From positions 12,405-76,404 of the forward strand of contig JAKPPS010000028.1 of the NCBI GenBank assembly GCA_029547225.1: DNA of 64,000 bases, written 5' to 3'. The notes under the pieces were generated by a model. That model did no database searches and was not told where the DNA came from. It worked only from the letters and a program-made list of their open reading frames with translations. The stretch comes from a bacterium (GTDB taxonomy: Bacteria; Patescibacteriota; Dojkabacteria; SC72; WJKH01). The stretch's first letter is position 1; each line of letters opens with the position of its first letter. Both the position numbers and the translations under genes were made by a program. Shown here piece after piece: positions 35,965 through 45,281 of the stretch.

Positions 35965-38275
35965 TAGTACGAAAACTACAAAAGTCAGTAATATTCACAA
36001 TATAACAATAAATGGAGAAATAGTTGATAAAAATTTGACTAATATCCCCAATCCTATACGTAAAAGAGACGGAAGAGTAGTCCCATTTGAGTTTACTAGG
36101 CTAGCCAATTCGATTTTCAAGTCAGCACAGATTATTGGTGGTGATGATAGGGAAAGAGCTAATGAGGTTGCAGTAGAGATAGTTAAGAAAATTCGTTCAA
36201 GGCACAGTGATACTGAGGAGATTATAGAAACTACAGAAATCTACGATATTGTCGTTGCGACTTTAGTTGAGATGGGTCATGGAAAAACAGCTAAATCATA
36301 CACTTTATATCGAGATCTTAACACACGAGTTCGTAATATTAAATCGCTTATCGATGCGGACGAGTTGATCAAAGGTTATATTGATAGTGTTGACTGGAGG
36401 GTTAACGAGAATGCCAATATGTCTTATTCTTGGCAGGGATTAAATAATCATATATCTTCTACGGTACAGTCAAATTACTGGCTTTGGAGTATTTATCCAA
36501 AAGAAGTATCAAATGCGCATGTTAATGCAGATTTACATATCCATGATCTCGGTATGCTTGCGATTTATTGCTGTGGATGGGATCTCCGACAGTTGTTGAT
36601 GAAAGGTTTTAGAGGTGTTCCTGGTAAAGTAACTTGTTCTCCAGCGAAGCATTTTAGGACTGCTTTAGGCCAAGTTGTTAATTACTTCTATACTTTGCAG
36701 CACGAGGCTGCAGGTGCTCAAGCTTTCTCAAGCTTTGATACTTATCTTGCACCATTTATCAGATATGACAAACTTGAATACAAGGAAGTTAAACAAGCAT
36801 TACAGGAGTTCGTATTCAATATGAATGTCCCGACTAGAGTTGGTTGTCAGACTCCATTTACAAATGTGACTTTAGATTTGAAACCATCAGGTCAGTTGGC
36901 ACAAGAATCAGTGATAATCGGTGGCAAGCCAATGCCAGAAAAATATGAAGATTTCCAGGAAGAAATAGATATGTTTAATCGTGCCTTTGCTGAAGTGTTG
37001 ATGGAAGGAGATGCTGAAGGTAGGGTTTTCACATTCCCAATTCCTACATACAATATTACATCTGATTTTGATTGGGATAATAAAGTGCTTGATCCGGTTT
37101 GGGAGATGACAGCAAAGTACGGAATTCCATATTTTGCAAATTTTGTTAACTCAGATATGAAACCAGATGATGTTAGATCAATGTGTTGTCGATTAAGAAT
37201 TGATAACCGTGAACTACGGAAAAGAGGTGGTGGTTTGTTTGGTTCCAACCCGATGACGGGAAGTGTTGGTGTAGTTACAATCAACATGCCACGGATCGGA
37301 TATGTTGCGAAAACAAAGGAAGAATACCTGAAACGACTTGGTGAGCTCATGGATATCTCTAGAAAGAGTCTTGATATTAAAAGACAAACAATAGAGAAAT
37401 ATACTGAAAGAGGGTTATATCCATACTCAAGATTTTATTTAGCAGAGGTTAAAGAGCGCTTCGGAGAATATTGGAAGAACCATTTCAATACTATTGGTAT
37501 TTGCGGAATGAATGAATCTGTACTTAATTTTCTCGGCAAGGATATTGTACATGATGAGGGTCGTGCATTTACTCTGGAAGTCTTAGATTTTATGCGAGCT
37601 AAACTGATGGAGTATCAGCAAGAATCAGGCCAGATATTCAACCTTGAGGCCTCACCTGCAGAAAGTGCGGCCTATCGATTTGCTAAAAGTGATCGCTCAA
37701 AATATCCGGATATTTATGTCGCAAACGATCCAAGATATAAAGCAAATGTGGTTGGCTCTTGTTGCGAAAATTGTATAGATAGTGATTGCAAAGATACTGG
37801 TTCGTCAGATCCAAGTTTTGCACCTTTCTACACTAATTCAAGCCAGTTACCAGTTGATAGTACCGATGATATTTTTGGTGCATTAGATCATCAAGATGAA
37901 ATTCAATGTAAATATACTGGTGGTACAGTTTTACATATTTTCTTGGGAGAAAGATTACCGTCAATCAAGAGTACAAAAGAGCTTGTTCGTAAAATTGCAC
38001 AAAATTACAAGATGCCATATTTCTCAATAACTCCAACATTTAGCATATGTCCAAAACATGGGTATCTAGCAGGTGAACACGAATTCTGTCCAAAATGTGA
38101 TGCTGAGATAGGGTATGAAGAAGGTAAAGATTCTTTAAAGAGTGCAGATACAAAAGTTGCGAATGTAGAAGAGGGCTCAAATACAGATAAAGATGATGCA
38201 AAACTTTCAGTGTCTGGTAAAAATGTAGAGCATTTAAGAAAACAGAATGATACGAGTGATAGAGTAGTAGGTTAA
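35939..38275 (+). CDS. nrdD: Class III ribonucleotide reductase large subunit lacking the complete glycyl-radical motif
   Basis: ATP cone, HIHDL, FTFPIPT, SMCCRL, YTGGT, and the CPKH...CPKC zinc site. Confidence 0.93.
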   Translation: MHKNEKSISSTKTTKVSNIHNITINGEIVDKNLTNIPNPIRKRDGRVVPFEFTRLANSIFKSAQIIGGDDRERANEVAVEIVKKIRSRHSDTEEIIETTEIYDIVVATLVEMGHGKTAKSYTLYRDLNTRVRNIKSLIDADELIKGYIDSVDWRVNENANMSYSWQGLNNHISSTVQSNYWLWSIYPKEVSNAHVNADLHIHDLGMLAIYCCGWDLRQLLMKGFRGVPGKVTCSPAKHFRTALGQVVNYFYTLQHEAAGAQAFSSFDTYLAPFIRYDKLEYKEVKQALQEFVFNMNVPTRVGCQTPFTNVTLDLKPSGQLAQESVIIGGKPMPEKYEDFQEEIDMFNRAFAEVLMEGDAEGRVFTFPIPTYNITSDFDWDNKVLDPVWEMTAKYGIPYFANFVNSDMKPDDVRSMCCRLRIDNRELRKRGGGLFGSNPMTGSVGVVTINMPRIGYVAKTKEEYLKRLGELMDISRKSLDIKRQTIEKYTERGLYPYSRFYLAEVKERFGEYWKNHFNTIGICGMNESVLNFLGKDIVHDEGRAFTLEVLDFMRAKLMEYQQESGQIFNLEASPAESAAYRFAKSDRSKYPDIYVANDPRYKANVVGSCCENCIDSDCKDTGSSDPSFAPFYTNSSQLPVDSTDDIFGALDHQDEIQCKYTGGTVLHIFLGERLPSIKSTKELVRKIAQNYKMPYFSITPTFSICPKHGYLAGEHEFCPKCDAEIGYEEGKDSLKSADTKVANVEEGSNTDKDDAKLSVSGKNVEHLRKQNDTSDRVVG

Positions 38276-38359
38276 GCGTGTGGCAGTTACTGCCCCCACT
38301 GCCAGAGGTAGTAACAATATTGTTTAAACAGGTAGTAATAAATTATTATTAAAATCAAA

Positions 38360-38536
38360 ATGCAACAAGTTAAAGTTAGCCAAGTCAAAGACTTAAGTCA
38401 ACAAAGACAAAGATGTGAAGTATATTCAAGAGTTGTCGGCTATATCAGACCTGTCGCTCAGTGGAATAAGGGGAAAAAGGCTGAATGGAATTCCCGCAAA
38501 ACTTTTATTGAAGGATGTACGACTTGTTCTTGCTAA
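38360..38536 (+). CDS. Stand-alone NrdD glycyl-radical domain, 58 aa (not in the ORF track)
   Basis: Manual translation: MQQVKVSQVKDLSQQRQRCEVYSRVVGYIRPVAQWNKGKKAEWNSRKTFIEGCTTCSC. Confidence 0.92.
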   Translation: MQQVKVSQVKDLSQQRQRCEVYSRVVGYIRPVAQWNKGKKAEWNSRKTFIEGCTTCSC

Positions 38537-38608
38537 TACATATCTTGCAGGCTTGATTTCTTCATATGCTAATCTGAACTGATCAGATTGCAATAATATT
38601 TCTTATAA

Positions 38609-39394
38609 ATGAGACCTATATATTTTATCGAAAAATCTACTCTGTTGGATTATCCTGGCAAGATAGCCTCAATTATCTTCAATTGGGGCTGTAACTTTAG
38701 ATGTCCATTTTGTCATAATCCAGAGCTTGTAGTTGAGAGTCCGAGCTCAATGTTAATCAATAAAGATGGGGTGATTTCTTTTCTGAAAAAACGATTAGGG
38801 AAGATAGATGCTGTAGTTTTTACTGGTGGAGAACCTTTTGTAAATCCGGAAACAATAGATTTTGTTAAGGAGGTGAAGGATTTGGGTTTCCTCGTAAAGA
38901 TGGATACTAACGGTAGCTTTCCTGATAAATTGCAATATTTAATTGATAATCGTTTGGTTGATTATATTGCTATGGATATTAAGAACGATTTGACAACATA
39001 CTTAAGAACAATAGGACTTGAAAAACAGCACGAAGAATCTGTGAAACAACTAGGGGATATTGATATACACAATGATAATTCCGTGAAACAGAGCCCATTA
39101 AGCTTGTTAGAACGGGTAAAAGAAAGCATATCAATAATTATGGCAACTTCAGAAGCTAATTATCTGATAGATTATGAATTTCGTACGACTTTTGTACCTG
39201 GACTTCATTCAATTGATTCTGCTAAGGGTATTGGTGAATTGATACGTGGTGCAAAAATATTTTATGTGCAGAATTTCAGGCCTGGGAAAACATTGGATCC
39301 TTTATATTTGAAAAAGAATGGTTTTACTGATTCGGATCTGAAATCCTTTGCAGATACTATCTCAAAATATGTTGATGAGGTGGTTATTAGATAG
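38609..39394 (+). CDS. nrdG: Anaerobic RNR activating enzyme (radical SAM)
   Basis: DYPG, GCNFRCPFCHN, TGGEP, DTNG, EFRTT. Confidence 0.93.
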   Translation: MRPIYFIEKSTLLDYPGKIASIIFNWGCNFRCPFCHNPELVVESPSSMLINKDGVISFLKKRLGKIDAVVFTGGEPFVNPETIDFVKEVKDLGFLVKMDTNGSFPDKLQYLIDNRLVDYIAMDIKNDLTTYLRTIGLEKQHEESVKQLGDIDIHNDNSVKQSPLSLLERVKESISIIMATSEANYLIDYEFRTTFVPGLHSIDSAKGIGELIRGAKIFYVQNFRPGKTLDPLYLKKNGFTDSDLKSFADTISKYVDEVVIR

Positions 39395-39504
39395 TAATTA
39401 TGGCTTACAATTTTTGTTTAAATCGGAAAGCGTCAAAAAAATTCTTTTTTGATTTCACCAGATGAATTGTATCTTTTTAATTCTCAGAAACTATATGAAT
39501 ATTT

Positions 39505-41241
39505 CTATTTTCTATTTTCCCAGCAAGCATCAATGAATCCCATGAAGATAGGGTGTGGAACAAGGAAACGAGATTTGAGTTCAGGGTGATATTGTGTGCC
39601 GATGAAAAATGGGTGGACTGATTTTGGAAGTTCTATCGCTTCTACAAGTGAACCGTCTGGAGAAGTACCTGCAATCAGTAAACCTTTATCTTCAAGTTGC
39701 TGTCGATAGAAGTTGTTGAATTCATATCTATGTCGATGCCTTTCTGATACATTAGGTAGAGTAAAAAGATAGTTTCCGAATTTCTTGTAACAATTTTCTA
39801 GCTGGGATTTAGGTTTAACAGCGCAAGGATAGGCACCAAGTCTGATAGTCCCTCCGAAGAGATTTATTGCCATAAGTGATTTTTGATATTCCATAAGGTG
39901 AATGACGTGATTCTTTGAGTCCGTGTCAACTTCTTCAGAATTTGCATCTTTGATACCGAGAACATTTCGAGCATACTCGATAACAGCCATTTGCATACCG
40001 AAACAGAGGCCAAGATAGGGGATTGTATTCTCTCTGGCAAGCTGTATAGCTTTGATCTTGCCTTCTGCACCTCGAGATCCCCAGCCCTGAGGAACAATAA
40101 TTCCGTCACTGTTGTTTATCAGTTCTTTTTGAGCCTTTTTGTCGTCTTCAAATCCATCTGAAACGTACCATTTTATATCTGCTTCTTTATTTTGTGCCCA
40201 GCAGGCATGCTTTATTGCCTCAATAACTGAAACGTAAGCATCTTTTAGATCAAAATCACCGCTTTTATAATACTTACCTATAATACCGATACGAACTTTC
40301 TTGGAGCGATTTGTCGCGCTACTTAGCATTTTAATTTTCTTTTTCCAAGCGGGGTAAAGTGAAGTCTCTTTGTATTTTAAGTTTAATTTATTACAAATTT
40401 TGTCAACGATTTTTTCATCTTGGAAATTAATAGGTATCTTGTAAACATTGTTTACATCGGGAGCTGCTATGATATGCTCTTTTGGTATGTTGCAGAAATA
40501 GCTAATCTTTTCCCTTCTTATGTCATCTGGTTTTTTGACTGAACGAGCTAAAATAAAGTCTGGAGATATCCCTTGTTTATTTAGAAATCTTACTGATATT
40601 TGAGTCGGTTTTGTTTTCATCTCACCAAGTTTTGAAGGGATAGGTAAGTAAGCCACATGGATATGGATGACATCGTTAGGTCTGTGAAGTTTCATTACTC
40701 GGTTAGCTTCTAGGAATAATTCTGACTCATATTCACCGGCTGTACCACCGATTTCGACAGTTACTACTTGTGCGCCTGTTTTCTCGGCACAGTTTTCGAT
40801 CTGAGAAATAATCTGTTGTGGTACATGAGTATATACTTGGACACATTTCCCTTTATATTTCATCTCGCGTTCATTCTTAAGTACTTGAGAATAAATTGAA
40901 CCGGTAGTCATGTAATTTGTTTTGGAGAAAGTTTCATCAAGGAATCGTTCGTAATGTCCCATGTCCATGTCGGTTTCTAGGCCATCTTCGAGTACGAAGG
41001 TTTCGCCGTGCTCAAGTGGATTCATTGTGCCCGCATCAACATTTACATACGGATCTGCTTTCATCATACTTACTTTAATACCATGAGATTTAAGCAAGAA
41101 TCCGATCGAAGATGCGGCGATACCTTTACCTACGCCTGATATTACTCCTCCGGAGATAAAAATAAATTTTGTAGACGCGTTGGCTTTTTTGCCATTGTTT
41201 TTATCTACTTTAGGGGAATTTTGTTTGTTTTGTGTGTGCAT
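39505..41241 (-). CDS. pyrG: CTP synthase
   Basis: GGVISGVGKG, DPYVNVDAGTM, GLCFGMQ, ERHRHRYE, QYHPE. Confidence 0.97.
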   Translation of the reverse strand: MHTQNKQNSPKVDKNNGKKANASTKFIFISGGVISGVGKGIAASSIGFLLKSHGIKVSMMKADPYVNVDAGTMNPLEHGETFVLEDGLETDMDMGHYERFLDETFSKTNYMTTGSIYSQVLKNEREMKYKGKCVQVYTHVPQQIISQIENCAEKTGAQVVTVEIGGTAGEYESELFLEANRVMKLHRPNDVIHIHVAYLPIPSKLGEMKTKPTQISVRFLNKQGISPDFILARSVKKPDDIRREKISYFCNIPKEHIIAAPDVNNVYKIPINFQDEKIVDKICNKLNLKYKETSLYPAWKKKIKMLSSATNRSKKVRIGIIGKYYKSGDFDLKDAYVSVIEAIKHACWAQNKEADIKWYVSDGFEDDKKAQKELINNSDGIIVPQGWGSRGAEGKIKAIQLARENTIPYLGLCFGMQMAVIEYARNVLGIKDANSEEVDTDSKNHVIHLMEYQKSLMAINLFGGTIRLGAYPCAVKPKSQLENCYKKFGNYLFTLPNVSERHRHRYEFNNFYRQQLEDKGLLIAGTSPDGSLVEAIELPKSVHPFFIGTQYHPELKSRFLVPHPIFMGFIDACWENRK

Positions 41242-41605
41242 AAATCAGTATATCAGAGAAATTTTTATTGTTAAGATGATAGCTAAATTTTTCTGAAAAA
41301 GTGAAAAAGCTTGTATCACATTGACGATCCTTATAGTAATGGTATGATAGAGTGCACTCCAATGTGGTTGGATATATAAATTGTATTATTATTTTTTTTA
41401 GTATTGCGCTATTTGAAATATTCCTGAATATATTTTTGAAAGTGCATTTACGAATTTTTCAAAAAAATAGGAACTTATTTTTTGAGAAAAATCTTTTTTT
41501 TATATTTCTATGATATTCGTAATAATTAATTTGGATGAATAATTTTCTGTAGTGTAGGCAAAAAAGAGTAGAATATGGTAAAATATTAGCGTTTAGTTAT
41601 TTAAT

Positions 41606-41679
41606 GCACCCGTAGCTCAATTGGTTAGAGCATTGGTCTTCGGAACCAAAGGTTGTAGGTTCGAATCCTATCGGGTGCG
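41606..41679 (+). tRNA. tRNA-Arg(TCG)
   Basis: TTGGT-CT-TCG-GA-ACCAA. Confidence 0.93.
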
Positions 41680-42032
41680 TTTTGTTTTTTTTGTATTATG
41701 TCATTGCAGATCAGATATCTGCGAATTATTTCCATCCATTGTTTGCAGTCGGTTCACGATACTTAATTCTTTTCAAGTAAATTGCAATCATCATTTGGTT
41801 TCTTAATTCGTGCTTTTGTTTCACACTGCGTATTTCTTTACTCTGAAATTATGCCATATTTACGGTCGTATTTATTTGTACACGCCAAATGGGTAATATT
41901 TTTGTATTATCTGTTTCACGGAAATTCTATACAAAAATGGTAAAAATTATATCAATTTGGACTGAAAAATTTGGTAATTAATTTTATTTCATTGGGATTG
42001 AATATTTTGAATTAATAAAATAGAATGTAGTT

Positions 42033-44876
42033 ATGCGAATAAGTATAGAGAGGAGTTTACTAGAATTATTTCCGGATGCAGTGGAGTATATTGTTGTGCT
42101 CAAAGGCTGTAGTAATATGACAGCTAAAAGCCGTGAAATAGTTGAATATATGGAATCGGCGCAAAAGAAAATGCGTTCTGGAGAAATGGTTTTCGATTTC
42201 GAAGATGATCCTCGATTTAAAAACTGGGATATTGTGCAAAAAAAAATAGCCCAAAATATCTTGAATAATTCAAATGCGTCAAATACTTCTATTTCAGACG
42301 ATCCTTATAAAGCGAGTTCACAAAATATTGATGGAGCAGGTGATAAAAGTATGCAACATAAAGCTGGAATATCTTCTCATGTCTCGTTAGTAAATAAAAT
42401 ATTGGCTGGTAAGGATCTTGCAAATATTAATCCAATTGTGAATTACTATAATATTTTTTCTGCTTATTACGGTCTGCCAATCGGTGCTGAAGATTTAGCA
42501 AAAGTATATGGCGACTTTGTTTTTAAAGTTTCTGACGGAGGTGAACCTTTTGTATCTATTTCCAGTAAAGATATTGAATCGATAAACCGGGGTGATGTTA
42601 TATTAACCGATGAGCTGGGCCCAACTTGTAAGGGGTGGAATCAGAAACAATCAGAGAGAGACAAAGTCGGGAAATATAGTACAGAAATTATGTTTTTCTT
42701 TGATCATATTGACGGCGATAATGGTAGTCTTGGTAATCTATATGAAAAGCCCATAGATTTTATTACTTCTGAAAACGCTTCGCTTGGAGAGGGTACTAAA
42801 ATAGATTTTCAACAATTGCTTCAATATTTTGTTTCAAAATTGGAATATTATTTTGGAGGAACATACGAGATATTTAGGCTAGACGGGAATAATATGATTG
42901 TTGATTTTGATGCGAATAATCTTAATGGTTCACAACTTAGAAATCTTACTTTACAAGAAAAACACCAGTACTTACAAAGCATCGTTGATGAAATATATAC
43001 AAAAGGAAATAAAGGTATAACAAAGAGAAAGGCGGAGAATCTCGGCTTGAAAAACACTTCTAGTCCAATTAATGTTATTGATAAGAAACTATTAGAATTA
43101 TGCCAGTCTAATGGTGTCTTGTTAGATCAGGATAGTTTTATGCTTCAATCTAAACATAACATCGAGAATGTTGAGTATTCTACTGCAATAGCAATGCGAG
43201 TCGCATCACAGATTGGTAAGCAACCTAAAGAAATTGCATTGCAAATCAAAGAGATAATATTATCCTGTAGTGAAATCGGTTCTTGTGAAGTTGCTGAAAA
43301 TGGCTTTATAAACCTTGTCATGTCAAATGAATTTTACCTTTCAAATCTGAAGAATTTTTATGAAAATTTTGATGATATTACGGAAAGTAATGCCGGTGAG
43401 AATAAAACAATATTAATCGAGATGGTTTCTCCAAATCCTAACAAAGCTTTACATTTAGGGCATATCCTAAATCTTTTTCTAGGCAAATCTCTCTTACGGA
43501 TTTTCAATAAAGTCGGTTTTAAAGCGGTTGAAGATTGTTTAGTAAATGATAAAGGTTTGCCAATTGCAAAAACTATATGGGCTATCAAAAAATATGGAAT
43601 TGATAGTAGTCCTGAGAAAGAGGGATTAAAGGAGGATCATTGGGTAGATAAATATTACGTCATGGGCGCCAATGATTTTAAAAATAGCTTATCAGTGCGT
43701 AAAGAGGTTAGGGCAATATTACGCTCTATAGAAAATGAAGATCCGGAGATTTTAGAAATCTGGAAGAGGGTTATATCGCATAGTGTAGAAGGTCAGAGAG
43801 CCACTCTAAAGCGTTTGGGTGAAGATTTCGGATATTTATGGTATGAACATGAAATCTACAAAATTGGGCGTAATATGATCGAGAGCCATATTGATGGGAA
43901 AAATGTTATTAAATTACCAGACGGAGTCGTTGTTGGAATCCTTGAGAAAACATATGGTGTTCCAGATGTTGTGCTTGTAAAATCCGATGGAACATCTTTG
44001 TATCATACTCAAGATCTTGCTCTTACAATGAAAAAGATTGAAAAATTTAATCCATGGAAAGCGATATGGGTTGTGGGGAATGATCAGATTGTACATTTTC
44101 AGAGACTATTTTCGCTCATAGATATGCTATCTGTTATGCCGATAGATAATCTGTATCATTATGCTTATGGATATGTTTTTGATAAAGATGGTAAAAGATT
44201 TTCTTCAAGATCTGGTGACGCATTAAGTGCTGACGAACTAATTGATTTGATACTTGATAGTGCACGAAAAGTGATTGAATCAAGAAAAGAATTTGCGAAG
44301 AAATCTCAAGAGGATTTATCAGAATCTAATGATGAGGATATTGTGAATAATTTAGTCGGTGACGAAAAAGAAAATATCTCTGAGAAGGTTGGATTGTCAG
44401 CTTTGAAATACGCCTTTTTAAGCACCGATCCATATAAAGATATCAGATTTGATATTGAAAAATCGTTGTCATTTAGCGGTAAAAGCGGTCCATATATCTT
44501 GTATGCATTTGTTAGGGCTAAAAGTATTTTAGAGAAAGCAGATCTAAATAAGGACAATGAAGAGGGTGATTTATTAAATAAAGTAGGGGATAATAATTCT
44601 GCTGTATCACTTGATGGATATAGTAAAAATCTTATTATTAAGCTTTTTGATTATCCTGATACAATTATTGCAAGTGCGAATAACTATATGCCTAGTATTA
44701 TTGCTGAATATCTTTATGACTTGTCTAAGGATTTTAGCTCCTTTTATGAAAATACCGATATCCTTGGAGATTCTACACTGGCAAAATATTATAAGTTGAT
44801 AATTATTTCGCTGTTTGAAAGAGTTATTTCTGATGGATTAGAGCTTCTGGGAATTGAGACTTTAGACCGCATGTAG
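42033..44876 (+). CDS. argS: Arginine--tRNA ligase with N-terminal B3/4 domain fusion
   Basis: SPNPNKALHLGH, KSDGTSLY, FSSRSG, GPYILYAFVR, LGIE..DRM; N-terminal INPIVNYYN..S..YGLPIGAEDL and CKGWNQKQ. Confidence 0.95.
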   Translation: MRISIERSLLELFPDAVEYIVVLKGCSNMTAKSREIVEYMESAQKKMRSGEMVFDFEDDPRFKNWDIVQKKIAQNILNNSNASNTSISDDPYKASSQNIDGAGDKSMQHKAGISSHVSLVNKILAGKDLANINPIVNYYNIFSAYYGLPIGAEDLAKVYGDFVFKVSDGGEPFVSISSKDIESINRGDVILTDELGPTCKGWNQKQSERDKVGKYSTEIMFFFDHIDGDNGSLGNLYEKPIDFITSENASLGEGTKIDFQQLLQYFVSKLEYYFGGTYEIFRLDGNNMIVDFDANNLNGSQLRNLTLQEKHQYLQSIVDEIYTKGNKGITKRKAENLGLKNTSSPINVIDKKLLELCQSNGVLLDQDSFMLQSKHNIENVEYSTAIAMRVASQIGKQPKEIALQIKEIILSCSEIGSCEVAENGFINLVMSNEFYLSNLKNFYENFDDITESNAGENKTILIEMVSPNPNKALHLGHILNLFLGKSLLRIFNKVGFKAVEDCLVNDKGLPIAKTIWAIKKYGIDSSPEKEGLKEDHWVDKYYVMGANDFKNSLSVRKEVRAILRSIENEDPEILEIWKRVISHSVEGQRATLKRLGEDFGYLWYEHEIYKIGRNMIESHIDGKNVIKLPDGVVVGILEKTYGVPDVVLVKSDGTSLYHTQDLALTMKKIEKFNPWKAIWVVGNDQIVHFQRLFSLIDMLSVMPIDNLYHYAYGYVFDKDGKRFSSRSGDALSADELIDLILDSARKVIESRKEFAKKSQEDLSESNDEDIVNNLVGDEKENISEKVGLSALKYAFLSTDPYKDIRFDIEKSLSFSGKSGPYILYAFVRAKSILEKADLNKDNEEGDLLNKVGDNNSAVSLDGYSKNLIIKLFDYPDTIIASANNYMPSIIAEYLYDLSKDFSSFYENTDILGDSTLAKYYKLIIISLFERVISDGLELLGIETLDRM

Positions 44877-44882
44877 AAAGAT

Positions 44883-44956
44883 GCACCCGTAGCTTAATTG
44901 GCTTGAGCATTGGTTTCCGGAACCAAAGATTGTAGGTTCGAATCCTATCGGGTGCG
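44883..44956 (+). tRNA. tRNA-Arg(CCG)
   Basis: TTGGT-TT-CCG-GA-ACCAA; 6 nt after the argS stop; atypical D-loop. Confidence 0.88.
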
Positions 44957-45204
44957 TTTAGCATGTAAAATTGAAGGTGTAAAGGAATTGTTCACTGACA
45001 CTAAGAAATTGTTAGTAATCCAATGTCGGTATTGTTAGTCAATTGTATTGCTAATTTGTTGATTTTTCTTTTGTCGGGTAGAGGCTGATATGTTTTCTTG
45101 TATTAATAACGGAAGTTCGAATTATGATGCTGGTGGAAACTATTACATTGATATGGTAACATTACTTAGTGTGTAAATTTCCGGATCTTATATTTTTTAG
45201 TTTA

Positions 45205-45281
45205 CGGGGTGTAGTTCAGTTGGCTAGAATGCTTCGTTCGGGACGAAGTGGTCGCACGTTCAAGTCGTGTCACCCCGACCA
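45205..45281 (+). tRNA. tRNA-Pro(CGG)
   Basis: CTTCG-TT-CGG-GA-CGAAG; C1-G72; ends ACCA. Confidence 0.95.

Noticed and set aside
38276..38311. Read-through of the nrdD stop giving ACGSYCPHCQR
   Set aside because: It ends at TAG after 11 codons and does not reach the small ORF; probably a by-product of a GC-rich hairpin.
41621..41806. 61-aa ORF, and similarly 24351-24686 and 49253-49534
   Set aside because: They overlap tRNAs or structured DNA and appear to be shadow ORFs.
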